This document shows positions 24,420 through 34,803 of a DNA stretch of 64,000 bases, in pieces; position 1 is the stretch's first letter, and each line of letters opens with the position of its first letter. This stretch comes from Schizochytrium sp. TIO01 (Eukaryota; Protista; Bigyra: Labyrinthulomycetes): positions 6,438,029 through 6,502,028 of the forward strand of contig SMSO01000014.1 in NCBI GenBank assembly GCA_004764695.1, read 5' to 3'. The notes beneath the pieces are model-generated. The model made no database searches, was not told the origin of the DNA, and worked only from the letters and a program-made list of their open reading frames with translations. Position numbers and translations under genes: made by a program.

Positions 24420-27053
24420 TTTATTTAATCAGCTCCAGCCATTCACTATGAGCAGTTACGCAACACTTAATGGAAGCACAACACACACAATCCCTAAGTG
24501 TTGCAGTTTTGCAAACTGGTGAATCTACAGCTACTGATAGCTACTACTACCTGACTGATTATTTAGACCAGATCTTAACCCAAAATGCACTCGTACGAGA
24601 CTCTAAGACACGGGATATTCTTTCCTCGTATAATATGAAAAGTACATTATACGGCGGGAGGACTGTTATCTTCACTATCCTAAGTCCGTGCCTGTTGGCG
24701 TCTTCACAGCTTTCCTTACAATTCCGAGGATAGTGAACTTGCGCCGCACACCTCGCACGATGATGACCACACGGCAACACGCAACATATATCTTTTTGTT
24801 GTTGCAAAGATTGTACTCATGCACATTCATCTCTTCATTTACTCCACAACATCAACCTTCATTACTTACTTTTTTATCGTAACAAAGTATCATTTAGCCC
24901 TTTTATGATTTTTGTCCTCACTCCTCTTATTCAGAACTAATTCTGAAAGAACATACACCAAGCTTATCCATCTTTTCCTTTTAGAGTCTACCCCAGACGA
25001 TATGTAGATTGTGTTCGCCCGATTTCCGTGCCTATGTCCGTCGCATGAATTATAATGAGTTTCGATTGCATGCTTATCTGGAGAGCTTCCTTGGACCCGA
25101 CTTTACCAAACGGCTTTCTTCTTGTGCTTAGATACTGAGGCTTTTTCTCATGTCCGTACTTTAGTTCCAAGCTCGCGTCATGATCAGAAACCCACTCAAC
25201 TGTTCGTATTGCTCGGACTCTCGGTTTGGAGTGCTGTCTATTTCTACAAAATCCTCCTCACGCCCACAGCAAATAAGTTTTTACCTCCCTCACATTGCTT
25301 TGGTGTTGCGCTGGTTGCGCCAGTTGCGCAACCCACGTTCGCTGATCTCGTCAGTTCAGACTTGTTTTCTCGATCCCATTCACTTTCCAGTCTGATGAGT
25401 TGAGCGACAGTAACATAAATGTGCGCGTGAGGTAACAAAAGCACAACTCCATCACTAATTAGAATACGCTGCTTTTCAATACTTTCGATGACGCCCTGAG
25501 AAGGGTACAGTAACAATGTCTTTGGGCGAGGAACAATTAATTTCTTGAACAATAAATTAAACGAAGTTGCTTCTTTGCTTTTGTCTTCAAACCTGCCTTA
25601 TCACTTAGTTTATCATATCATGGAAGAAAGATAGAAAGAAAGAAAGGAAAACTGCGGAGCCTCATCAGTGTTCGATAACTCGCTTCTTTTTTTTTCCTTC
25701 TTCTTTTTTGATGATCGAAGCACATAAGAGAAATTGTAGCCAGCAGTGAGTTGCGCACAGACTCTGTACGGGACTGAACTAACACCTAAAATGTGAGCAG
25801 AGTACCCTTGCCTAGAAGGCAAAAAGCGAACTGAGAACTGTCACAAGGGTATAATCGTCATTTTACTTATTTAATTAAAATAAAAAATAGTAATTTAATT
25901 TATTATTAGAAGGTAACAATGAAGAAGATCAGAATCTCAGGCTAGGGTTAGGGATAAAACGTAGCGCTGCGGCCGCGCAAAGTGCAAGAGTACAGTTTCT
26001 CCTTTTTCTATAAAGTTGCAACACGATAGTATTCTTCGTTAAACGCGCATTATCAATGGTAAACATCTCCCTTAGACGGAGGACTTCTGCTATATTCCCT
26101 CGTTAGGTTTCAGCTTTAAATAACAGCTTATAGTCAGTCTTCAGAAAACACCAACAAAGCCCGCGCCGAGTTTTTTGGATGAGAGATTTCGCTCTGCTCG
26201 AAGATTTGCATTCCAAATGCAGGGTTGCGTCAAAGTACATTAATAAGTCAAAATACCAAGCAAGCTGTCATTTTCTCAATTTCCATGCTTTCTTTTCCAA
26301 ATTGATACTTCTATCTTAGTAACTCCGTTTAAAAAAAATGAGCATCAGTTCACCTCGCTAACTGATTCCCTGATTAAAAACCGAACTCAACAGAGGCATA
26401 AAAAGACAACCAAAACACAAAAGATGAGATTACAAAGAATAAGATAATAAGACAATAGAAGAAATACGAAGAAGAACGAAAGAAAATGGATATGTTTGAT
26501 GTTGTAAAGACAAAAAAAGTTGAGTAATGAGATAAAGATGAAAAACATAAGATGCAGTGAAAAGTAGATAGAAAAGGGGAATGTCGATAGAGATATGGTA
26601 GTATGCTCAAATCAGTGGCAATGCTGCGTTGGTCACACGAAAAAGGCCAAACGCTGAGAGTACACGCGCATAGTCGTTATCCGTCTGACAGGACAAGCGA
26701 AGCAACAAAAGGGGGTTTGGGGTATATTATGATGTATGTTGTTGTTGATGATTTTTCTTTTGCGAGAGAATGAAGGATGAGGTTGGGGCTTTTTGTTGAT
26801 TGTGTTGTGCAATGGCGGTCGTCATCGTCTTAGGGTATCACTTAATTCAATTCACGAGAAGAACCTCAAATCACGGCATCATGTTAGAACTGCGAGGTGT
26901 GTTATAGGACGAAACACGAAAGTAAGATTTCTTGCTATGGGAAGAGACAGCTTTAACAACATAAAGAGGAAGAAGAAGACATGTCAATCAGACAGGTGCT
27001 ATCCTTTCCACTTTGCGTCGCTGAAGTGTTTTCAAAAACAAAAAACAAGACAC

Positions 27054-30000
27054 TTACTTGCGAGCAGCGGCCTCAGCCTCGTAGTACTCCTTGAGCGTGA
27101 GGGGCTCCATCTCGAGCTCACCCTTGGAGAGCTTGAGGTAGCACTCGGCAAGCATGCCAGCAACCTGGGGGTTGGTCACAAGCTGGGTGCCGTAGTCAAC
27201 TGCCAAACGACGGACCTTGTAGTTGGTCTCAGTACGGAGGGACTCGTTGTTGGAGAACATCCAGACCTGGTCGAGCTCACCCTCCTGCACAAAGGTGTCA
27301 AGGCAGGGGACCTTGCCGGTCTCCTCCCAGTGGAGCTCGGTAACCGGGATGTTGTTGGCCTCGCAGAAGCGGGCGGTCTTCTCCGTGGCAAAAATGGTGT
27401 AGCCAGCCTCGATGAGCTTCTCCAAGCTGGGCTTGAAGTCCTTCTGGAGGCGGTCCTGGATGGATACAAGGATGTTCTTGCGCTCCGGGATGGTGTAGGC
27501 AAGGGTAGAGAGAGTGGACTTGAGGAAGGCCTCGTGCACGTCCTTACCGTAGCAAGCGACCTCACCAGTAGAAGCCATCTCGACACCAAGCTTGGGGTCA
27601 GCACCGGCAAGACGCTTGAAAGAGAACTGAGGGACCTTGGTACCGACGTAGGTGGTCGGGGCGGCGCCCTTGCCACCGAGACCGAGGTCCTTCTCGGCAA
27701 GCCACTCGGGCTGGCCAGCACCGACCATGGCCATGGTGGCAATCTCAATGAAGTCAGCACCAACGGTCTTGGACGAGAACGGGAACGAACGAGAAGCACG
27801 GATGTTAGCCTCAATAATCTTCACGGAGCCATCAGGGCTAGCAATGAGCTGCTGGTTGAAGGGACCAGTGATGTTGAAGGCCTTGGCAATGCGGCGAGTG
27901 GTCTCGCGGCACTTCTCAAGGACCTCCTCGGAGAGGGTCTGGGGCGGGAGCATAAGGTGAGCGTCACCGGAGTGAACACCGGCGTTCTCAACGTGCTCAG
28001 AGATGGCGTGGGCAATGACCTCACCGTTCTCAGCGACGGCATCAACATCAATCTCGCGAGCGTTCTCAATGAAAGCAGTAAGAACAACAGGGTGGTCACG
28101 GGAGACCTCACCGGCACGCTGGAGGTTCTTGGAGAGCTCAGCAGCGTTGTAGGCGACGCTCATGGCGGCACCGGAGAGCACGTAAGAGGGGCGAACGAGA
28201 ACGGGGTAGCCAACCTTGTCAGCAAAGGCGAAGGCATCCTCGGGGGTGGTGAGGCGAGACCACTGGGGCTGGTCAATGCCAAACTTGTCACAGACGCTGG
28301 AGAACTTATCACGGTCCTCAGCAGAGTCAATCATGATGGGAGAGGTACCAGCAATCTTCACACCGTAGTTGTGCATGGGGAGGGCAATGTTGTTCGGGAG
28401 CTGGCCACCAACAGACACGATGGCCTGGTCACAGCCCTCGAGCTCATAGATATCGAGGACACGCTCGAGAGAAAGCTCCTCAAAGTAGAGCTTGTCACAC
28501 TCGTCGAAGTCAGTGGATACAGTCTCCGGGTTGTAGTTGATCATGACGCTCTTCTTGCCAAGCTTGCGGAGGGTGCGGATGGCGGACACAGAGCACCAAT
28601 CGAACTCAACACTGGAACCGATACGGTAGACACCAGATCCGAGGACCATGGTTCCGTTGTCGTCAAAGGAAACGTCAGACTCATCACCGTTGTAAGTGGT
28701 GTACAGGTAGTTGGTGGCGGCGGGGGCCTCACCAGCGACGGTATCAATCTGCTTGACAACGGGCATGATACCCATGGCCTTACGGGCAGCACGGACGGAG
28801 AGCTCGTCACTGTTGACGCGGGCAGCGATCTGGCGATCAGAGAAACCAGACTTCTTTGCCTGAAGGAGGAGGGTGGAGTTGAGACGGTCAAGGCTGCCAG
28901 CCTGGGTCATCATGTGGTCAAGCTGACACAAACGGTACAGCTTGTAGAGGAACCAGGTGTCAATGTCGGTGTGCTTGTTGACACGTTCAACAGACCATCC
29001 AAGCTCCATCATGGCGTAGGCAATAGCGTACGGGCGCACATCAGAGGGCTGCTCGAGCTCCTCGATGAGCTCAGCCTCGGTGGCGGGCGGCTTGTACATG
29101 TGGGTGTGCGGCTGGAAGCCCTCAATAGAGGGGTCGACCATACGCATGGCCTTCTGGAGAGACTCCTCCCAGGAGCGGCCGATACCCATGACCTCACCGA
29201 CGGACTTCATGGCAGATCCGATCTTGCGGGAAACAAGGTCGAACTTGGTCATATCCCAACGGGGGATCTTGGTCACCACGTAATCGAGAGAAGGCTCGAA
29301 GCAGGCAGTGGTGCGCTTGGTGACCTGGTTGGTGATGTCCGGGAGCTGGATACCAAGAGAGAGCTTGGCAGCCACGAAGGCAAGAGGGTAACCAGTGGCC
29401 TTGGAGGCAAGGGCAGAGGAACGGGAAAGACGCGGGTTAACCTCAATAATAGCGTACTCGTCAGAGTGCGGGTTGAGGGCGTACTGAATGTTGCACTCAC
29501 CAATGATGCCAAGGTGCTTGACAGTCTTGATGGCGGTGTCACGGAGCATCTGGTAATCGAAGTTGGAGAGGGTCTGGGACGGGGCGACGACAATGGAATC
29601 ACCGGTGTGGATACCGAGAGGATCAAAGTTCTCCATGTTACACACGGTGATGCAGTTGTCGGCGGCGTCACGAACAACCTCGTACTCAACCTCCTTCCAG
29701 CCGAGCATGGACTTCTCGACGAGAATCTGGGGGGAGGTGGAGAAGGCCTTGCGCGCCATCTCGCGGAGGTGGGCCTCATCCTTACAGATACCAGATCCGA
29801 GACCACCAAGGGCGAATGCGGAACGGATCATGCAGGGGAAGCCAACCTTGTGGGCAGCAACAACAGCATCATCGATGGAGGTGACAGCAAAGGACGGGGC
29901 AAGCTTCTCGTTAATCTCATTGAGCTTGTCAGAGAAGATACCGCGATCCTCAGTGGCAATGATAGACTCAACAGAGGTACCAAGAACCTTGACATCGTAC

Positions 30001-31631
30001 TTGGAAAGGATACCCTTCTCGTACAGTTCAACACCGACGTTAAGTGCGGTCTGGCCACCCATGGAAAGAATGAGACCGTCGGGTTGCTCACGCTTGATGA
30101 CCTCCTCGACAAAGTCAAGAGTCACAGGCAAGAAGTAAACGGTATCAGCCTGGGAAGCACCCTCAAGGTTGGTCTGCACAGAGGCAATGTTGGGGTTCAT
30201 GAGGACAGTCTTGATACCCTCCTCCTGGAGAGACTTGATGGCCTGGTTACCGGAGTAGTCGAACTCACCGGCCTGACCAATGGAAAGACCACCAGAGCCG
30301 AGAAGGAGAACCTTCTTGGCCTGAACACGAGTGTCAGGAACCTTGCGGGCGTCAAAGATGGCACCGACAGAGGACTTACCGTCCTTGACCATGTTGACGA
30401 AGTCATCAAAGAGGAACTCAGTGTCAGTGGGACCTCCCTTGGCCTCAGGGTGGAACTGAGCCGTGAAGTAGGGCTTGGTCTTGTGCATGATACCCTCGTT
30501 GGTGCCGTCGTTACGGTTGACGAAGAGGGGTTCCCAGTCCTCCGGAAGAGTCTCAGTGCGGATGGCGTAGCCGTGGTTCTGCGGGGTGATGAAGCACTGG
30601 CCGGTGCGGAGGTTGAGCACAGGCTGGTTAGCACCACGGTTACCGAAGCTCATCTTGTAGGTCTCAGCACCGGCGGCGAGAGCAGTGAGCTGGTTACCCA
30701 TACAGATACCAAAGATGGGCTTGTCGTATCCAGACTGAAGGACTTGGCGGAGGTTGTCGATAGCCTCAGTGGCCATGATGGGATCTCCGGGACCGTTGGA
30801 AAGGAAGAGACCATCAAACTCATCGAGGTTCTGGGCGAAGGGGAAGTTGTGGGGCACACGGTGGAGCTCAACACCACGACGCACAAGGTTGCGGATGATG
30901 TTGTTCTTGATACCGCAGTCAAGAGCAAGAAGCTTGACAGGGTTGCCAGCACCGTAAACGATGCGGTCAGTGCACGAAACCTCCTCAATGAGGTTGCGGG
31001 CATTGATGTCAACAAACTCAAGCTCGTTGTGGCCAGGGGGCTTGTAAGCCGGGTCGAACTCGATCTTGGCCTTCATGCTACCACGGTCACGGATCTTCTT
31101 GGTAAGAAGACGGGTGTCAATGCCGTAGAGACCAGGGATCTTCTCCTCGCGGAGCCAAGAGCTGAGGCTGCGGCCAGACTCCCAGTTGCTGAAGTGGTGA
31201 GAGTAGTCGCTGACGAGGAAGGCACCGGCGTGAATTTGGTCGCTCTCAAAGTGCTGGGGAAGACCAAACTCGTCAACGGCGCCCTTGTTGGGGACACCGT
31301 AGTTACCAACCAGGGGGTAGGTGCTCACAAGGAGCTGGCCGCGGTACGAGGGGTCAGTGAGGGCCTCGGGGTAGCCAACCATGGCGGTGTTGAAGACAAC
31401 CTCACCGGCGACGCTCTCTTCGTGACCAAAGGAAACACCAGTGAAGCGGGAACCGTCCTCAAGCACGAGGGTGGCGGTGCGAGCACCACCAGAGCCCATG
31501 CTGGAGCCTACGAAGCCGCGGGGAGCGGCAGGCTTGCTGAGGTCGCTGGTGCCCTTCTTGGCGTTAGACGAAAGCTTGCGCACGGCATCCTTGTTGGTGG
31601 CCACGCGGCGAGCTCCCTTAAGACTCCACAT
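27054..31631 (-). CDS. CPS1: Mitochondrial fused carbamoyl-phosphate synthetase (glutaminase + synthetase + allosteric domain), CPS I/III-like, probably glutamine-using and NAG-activated
   Basis: Basic presequence MWSLKGARR... (ATG 31631). Small-subunit motifs GEVVFNT, LTDPSY, SNGPGDP, FGICMGNQ (catalytic Cys) and QFHPE. Large-subunit motifs GQAGEFDYSG, EVNPRLSRSSALASKATGYP, IGSSVEFDW, NPETVSTD and RPSYVLSG. MGS-like C-terminal domain. No DHOase or ATCase domain is fused. Confidence 0.96.
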   Translation of the reverse strand: MWSLKGARRVATNKDAVRKLSSNAKKGTSDLSKPAAPRGFVGSSMGSGGARTATLVLEDGSRFTGVSFGHEESVAGEVVFNTAMVGYPEALTDPSYRGQLLVSTYPLVGNYGVPNKGAVDEFGLPQHFESDQIHAGAFLVSDYSHHFSNWESGRSLSSWLREEKIPGLYGIDTRLLTKKIRDRGSMKAKIEFDPAYKPPGHNELEFVDINARNLIEEVSCTDRIVYGAGNPVKLLALDCGIKNNIIRNLVRRGVELHRVPHNFPFAQNLDEFDGLFLSNGPGDPIMATEAIDNLRQVLQSGYDKPIFGICMGNQLTALAAGAETYKMSFGNRGANQPVLNLRTGQCFITPQNHGYAIRTETLPEDWEPLFVNRNDGTNEGIMHKTKPYFTAQFHPEAKGGPTDTEFLFDDFVNMVKDGKSSVGAIFDARKVPDTRVQAKKVLLLGSGGLSIGQAGEFDYSGNQAIKSLQEEGIKTVLMNPNIASVQTNLEGASQADTVYFLPVTLDFVEEVIKREQPDGLILSMGGQTALNVGVELYEKGILSKYDVKVLGTSVESIIATEDRGIFSDKLNEINEKLAPSFAVTSIDDAVVAAHKVGFPCMIRSAFALGGLGSGICKDEAHLREMARKAFSTSPQILVEKSMLGWKEVEYEVVRDAADNCITVCNMENFDPLGIHTGDSIVVAPSQTLSNFDYQMLRDTAIKTVKHLGIIGECNIQYALNPHSDEYAIIEVNPRLSRSSALASKATGYPLAFVAAKLSLGIQLPDITNQVTKRTTACFEPSLDYVVTKIPRWDMTKFDLVSRKIGSAMKSVGEVMGIGRSWEESLQKAMRMVDPSIEGFQPHTHMYKPPATEAELIEELEQPSDVRPYAIAYAMMELGWSVERVNKHTDIDTWFLYKLYRLCQLDHMMTQAGSLDRLNSTLLLQAKKSGFSDRQIAARVNSDELSVRAARKAMGIMPVVKQIDTVAGEAPAATNYLYTTYNGDESDVSFDDNGTMVLGSGVYRIGSSVEFDWCSVSAIRTLRKLGKKSVMINYNPETVSTDFDECDKLYFEELSLERVLDIYELEGCDQAIVSVGGQLPNNIALPMHNYGVKIAGTSPIMIDSAEDRDKFSSVCDKFGIDQPQWSRLTTPEDAFAFADKVGYPVLVRPSYVLSGAAMSVAYNAAELSKNLQRAGEVSRDHPVVLTAFIENAREIDVDAVAENGEVIAHAISEHVENAGVHSGDAHLMLPPQTLSEEVLEKCRETTRRIAKAFNITGPFNQQLIASPDGSVKIIEANIRASRSFPFSSKTVGADFIEIATMAMVGAGQPEWLAEKDLGLGGKGAAPTTYVGTKVPQFSFKRLAGADPKLGVEMASTGEVACYGKDVHEAFLKSTLSTLAYTIPERKNILVSIQDRLQKDFKPSLEKLIEAGYTIFATEKTARFCEANNIPVTELHWEETGKVPCLDTFVQEGELDQVWMFSNNESLRTETNYKVRRLAVDYGTQLVTNPQVAGMLAECYLKLSKGELEMEPLTLKEYYEAEAAARK

Positions 31632-31694
31632 CTTGATTGAATAAGTATCAACGATCAAGAAGCGATTGCGCTGTTAGAGGAGTTGGGTTGTGTT

Positions 31695-31718
31695 GTTGTT
31701 ATTGTTGAAGTTGTTGAA
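31695..31718 (-). repeat. Imperfect (CAA)n tract in the CPS leader
   Basis: Minus strand reads ttcaacaacttcaacaataacaacaacacaac about 55-90 nt upstream of the ATG. Confidence 0.75.
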
Positions 31719-33406
31719 AGTAGAGCCGTCGAACTGGTCGCAAGGACGAGAACGAAGGAACAGAAAGTAGAAGAGTGGAAGAAGAGAATGCGACGACGCG
31801 CCTTCTCCAGTCAAAAAAAAGTAGTCGAGGACGCGGGTCCGAACGACTACGTACACGAATCACACAAAGGTCGCGAGGCGAACCTGAATCGCAAAAGGAC
31901 CGAGTGGGAAGTCGTGCAAGTCTCTTCGGCAAGCTAGCAGTTCAAAGCGAAACGAGGCCGGCCACGCTCGCTCGCTCTCTATCGTAGGCAAAAAAGCCTC
32001 CCGGTTCGGGGTCTGCGGCGCTGCTGCCTGGAGATTGCCTCCACTGCCTCCAGGTACCACTGGCCCACACCTCTTCTGTATGCTTCACTGCTCCACAGCT
32101 CTATACTTTGCCCGCAGCTTTCCTCTTACGGTTGAAAACTATATTTGTGAGGAATACTAGAAGGTGCCTCTGCTGCTGGGAACATGCATTGCCCGCAGTT
32201 GCTGCAGTGGGAGTTAAGCTAGGATATCCTTGTTGCCCGGTGCGTTGATACTATGCTGTTAATATGGCGATAACACCACATGTTGATCGGTGGCTGCGAG
32301 CGCCTTTCTTTGGCTCCCTCACAAGCGCTACTTTTATTCTCTTTTTTTGCCGCTTTTCCATCTCATTCATCTAAAAAGGCTCTTGTTTTTGTTTGTTTTT
32401 TAAAGTTATTACCATATTAATATTTTTTAATGAAAATACTTTCCATTTTGAATTGAAGAAAGATAAAGAAAGAAAGATACACACATACATCCATATATGT
32501 CGAAGAAGTACCATTTGTGAGAAAATCAATCGACCAATCGATCAATACTAAATCACTAATAAAATAACAAAATAAAAAGGGTTCTTTCTGAAAAGAGACA
32601 AAAAAAAAAAAAATTAAAAATGTTAATGAGTTGAAAAATGTAATGCGCTGCCGCAAATGAGACGTACTTCTTCTTCTTCTTCTTCTCCTTAGTATTATTA
32701 TCAGTCGGGTCTGAGCGAGTGATCGATCGATCGATCGAGTGAGTGAGTGAGTGAGTGAGCGAGCGAGCGGAGCTGTTTCTGGCAACGCTGCACAGCTCTC
32801 CTCAAGTTCCTCCCCCCCTTTCGGCTGCCTCTCCACCAGCCTGGAAGAGGTTTGGTTTAGTTCGAGGGGGAAGGAAGAAGGAAGGCCATTTGTCGTGGGT
32901 ACTGCTGCTGCAAATAAAGACCTTTCTGTCTATACATAGATAGGCTTTAACCCAGAATAATATTTATTTTTATTTTTCTTTTTCTTTTTCTTTTTCTTTT
33001 GTTTCTTTCATCAAGAATGTATCTATCTATCTATGCATAATATGTACGAATCATTCACGCCTCTTATTTATTACTTGAGCAGAGCGGAATACTTTGTCAA
33101 CAAAACAGATGGAGAGCATCCAATGCTGTGATCGACGGCTCCAGCCATCGAAAGCGTGGCGGATAGGCGGCGATCCTTGCCAGGCAGAGGAAGTCGATGC
33201 TGCGTGGTAGAGAGCTAGCTAGCTGGCTGCGTCTCTTCTGCGTTGCGAGTCGAGTCTTGAAGCACCACCTCGATCCACTCAGAAGGTCGCCAATCTTGAG
33301 CCCTCCTCCGCTGTTCCTGTTAATTCCTTACTTACTTAATTGATTGATTGATTGTTGATAAATAAATAAATTAATTAATTAATTAATTGATCGATTAATC
33401 AATCAA

Positions 33407-33448
<42 letters not shown>

Positions 33449-33676
33449 GGATGGATGAATGAATCTCCTTCCTTCCTCGCAGAAGGCACCAACCATCATC
33501 ATCGCCAACATAATACATCGCCGTCATCGCCACCATCCTCGACCAAGCCAGACAAAGCGTACGAAGCAGAGCTCAGCACACAACTAACCTCTGCTCTGAC
33601 AGACGGCCAAAAGCAGCGCCACAGACAAATCCTTCGTTGCACATGGCTTTGTAGATATCGATGCGCTGTCTTCTCT

Positions 33677-33773
33677 TTGCATTACATTGCATTACATTGC
33701 ATTACATTGCACTGCATTATATTGCATTACATTGCATTACATTGCATTACATTGCATTACATTGCATTACATT
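33677..33773. repeat. (ATTGCATTAC)n 10-bp minisatellite
   Basis: About 9-10 near-perfect units made of alternating ATTGC/ATTAC pentamers. Confidence 0.93.
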
Positions 33774-34680
33774 TTCATTCTTTGGAGGAGATGGCCATCG
33801 AAGGGTTTGAGCGAAAGATAGAAATGGCTGTGGATCGAAGATCGTGTCCAAGGGGAGGAGAGCCTGAACTGACTCGTTCCTCCTCCATTCGCAGCGCCGT
33901 GACGCCCCTCTGTCTCTTCTTCACTCGCTCGTCTCCGTCGTCATCGATTACTCTCTCGACGAATCTGTCTGTCCACGAAATCATTGCAATGAGTGAGTGA
34001 CTTATAACGAAGGTTGGTAATGAATGAATGAATGAATGAATAATTGAACAATATTGTTTCCCTCTCTTTTTCTTTTTCTTTTTCTTTCTTTCTTTCTTTT
34101 TTTTATTTGGTTTTCGTCTGTTTACCTGTTATGATTGGCGCTTTCATTCGTGAAAAGAAAAAAACACTGCTCTAATGTGAGGACCCACTGCTAGCTGGTC
34201 GCCTATTAGATACGCTACCCCTGCGAATCGTTGGTCTTCAAGTTCGCTTCTTTTGGTTTCTGTTCAACTTGGAATTGATTTATGACTAATTTATGACGGT
34301 AATACGGACTATGGACTCTCTTTTTTCTTTTTTCTTTCTTTTTTCTTTCTTTCTTCGGTTTCGTTACTTTGTAAATGTTCACATTCGCAACAGTACTATT
34401 TACTTTTCTTTCAAGATGAAAGAAAGCCGCTAACCCCGCTACCCTTATCCTGTAGGACTCCAGTTTTCATGCTGTCATCTCCCCACTGTATCTCCTCTCC
34501 CTTTCTTTCAGCTGTTATGTGTGTAGTAGAAGGATCTTTCCGCATTGGTTTGTTCTTTCACCTGAGTAGAAGAAGGACATTGAATGCAGAAGGCGGTCGA
34601 TGCTTTACTCTTTCTGGTCTTTCTGGTGTTGTTGACGCGCTTCAGTTTACTCTGCAATCGACGTGTCTTTGTGTATAAGA

Positions 34681-34733
34681 GAGAAAGAAAAGAAAAGAAA
34701 AGAAAAGGAAAGGAAAAAAGATAGAAAAAAGAT

Positions 34734-34803
<70 letters not shown>
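34681..34803. repeat. (AAAG)n / purine microsatellite
   Basis: About 17 perfect GAAA units at 34735-34803, preceded by a purine run. Confidence 0.93.

Noticed and set aside
25940-25953. CTAGGGTTAGGG telomere-like motif
   Set aside because: Only about 2 units, which is expected by chance.
26793-31640. 1615-aa ORF antisense to CPS
   Set aside because: It is the codon-aligned mirror frame. CPS avoids TTA/CTA/TCA codons, so the antisense frame has no stops. The translation (L/V/G/E-rich) has no motifs.
31632-32180. Fungal-type arginine attenuator peptide uORF upstream of CPS
   Set aside because: I found no AUG on the minus strand for ~550 nt upstream. The GTG/TTG-started short ORFs lack the AAP D-Y-x5-W core.
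33455-34000. 181-aa ORF with LHYIALHCIT repeats
   Set aside because: The repeat part is the 10-bp minisatellite, and the rest has no protein signature.
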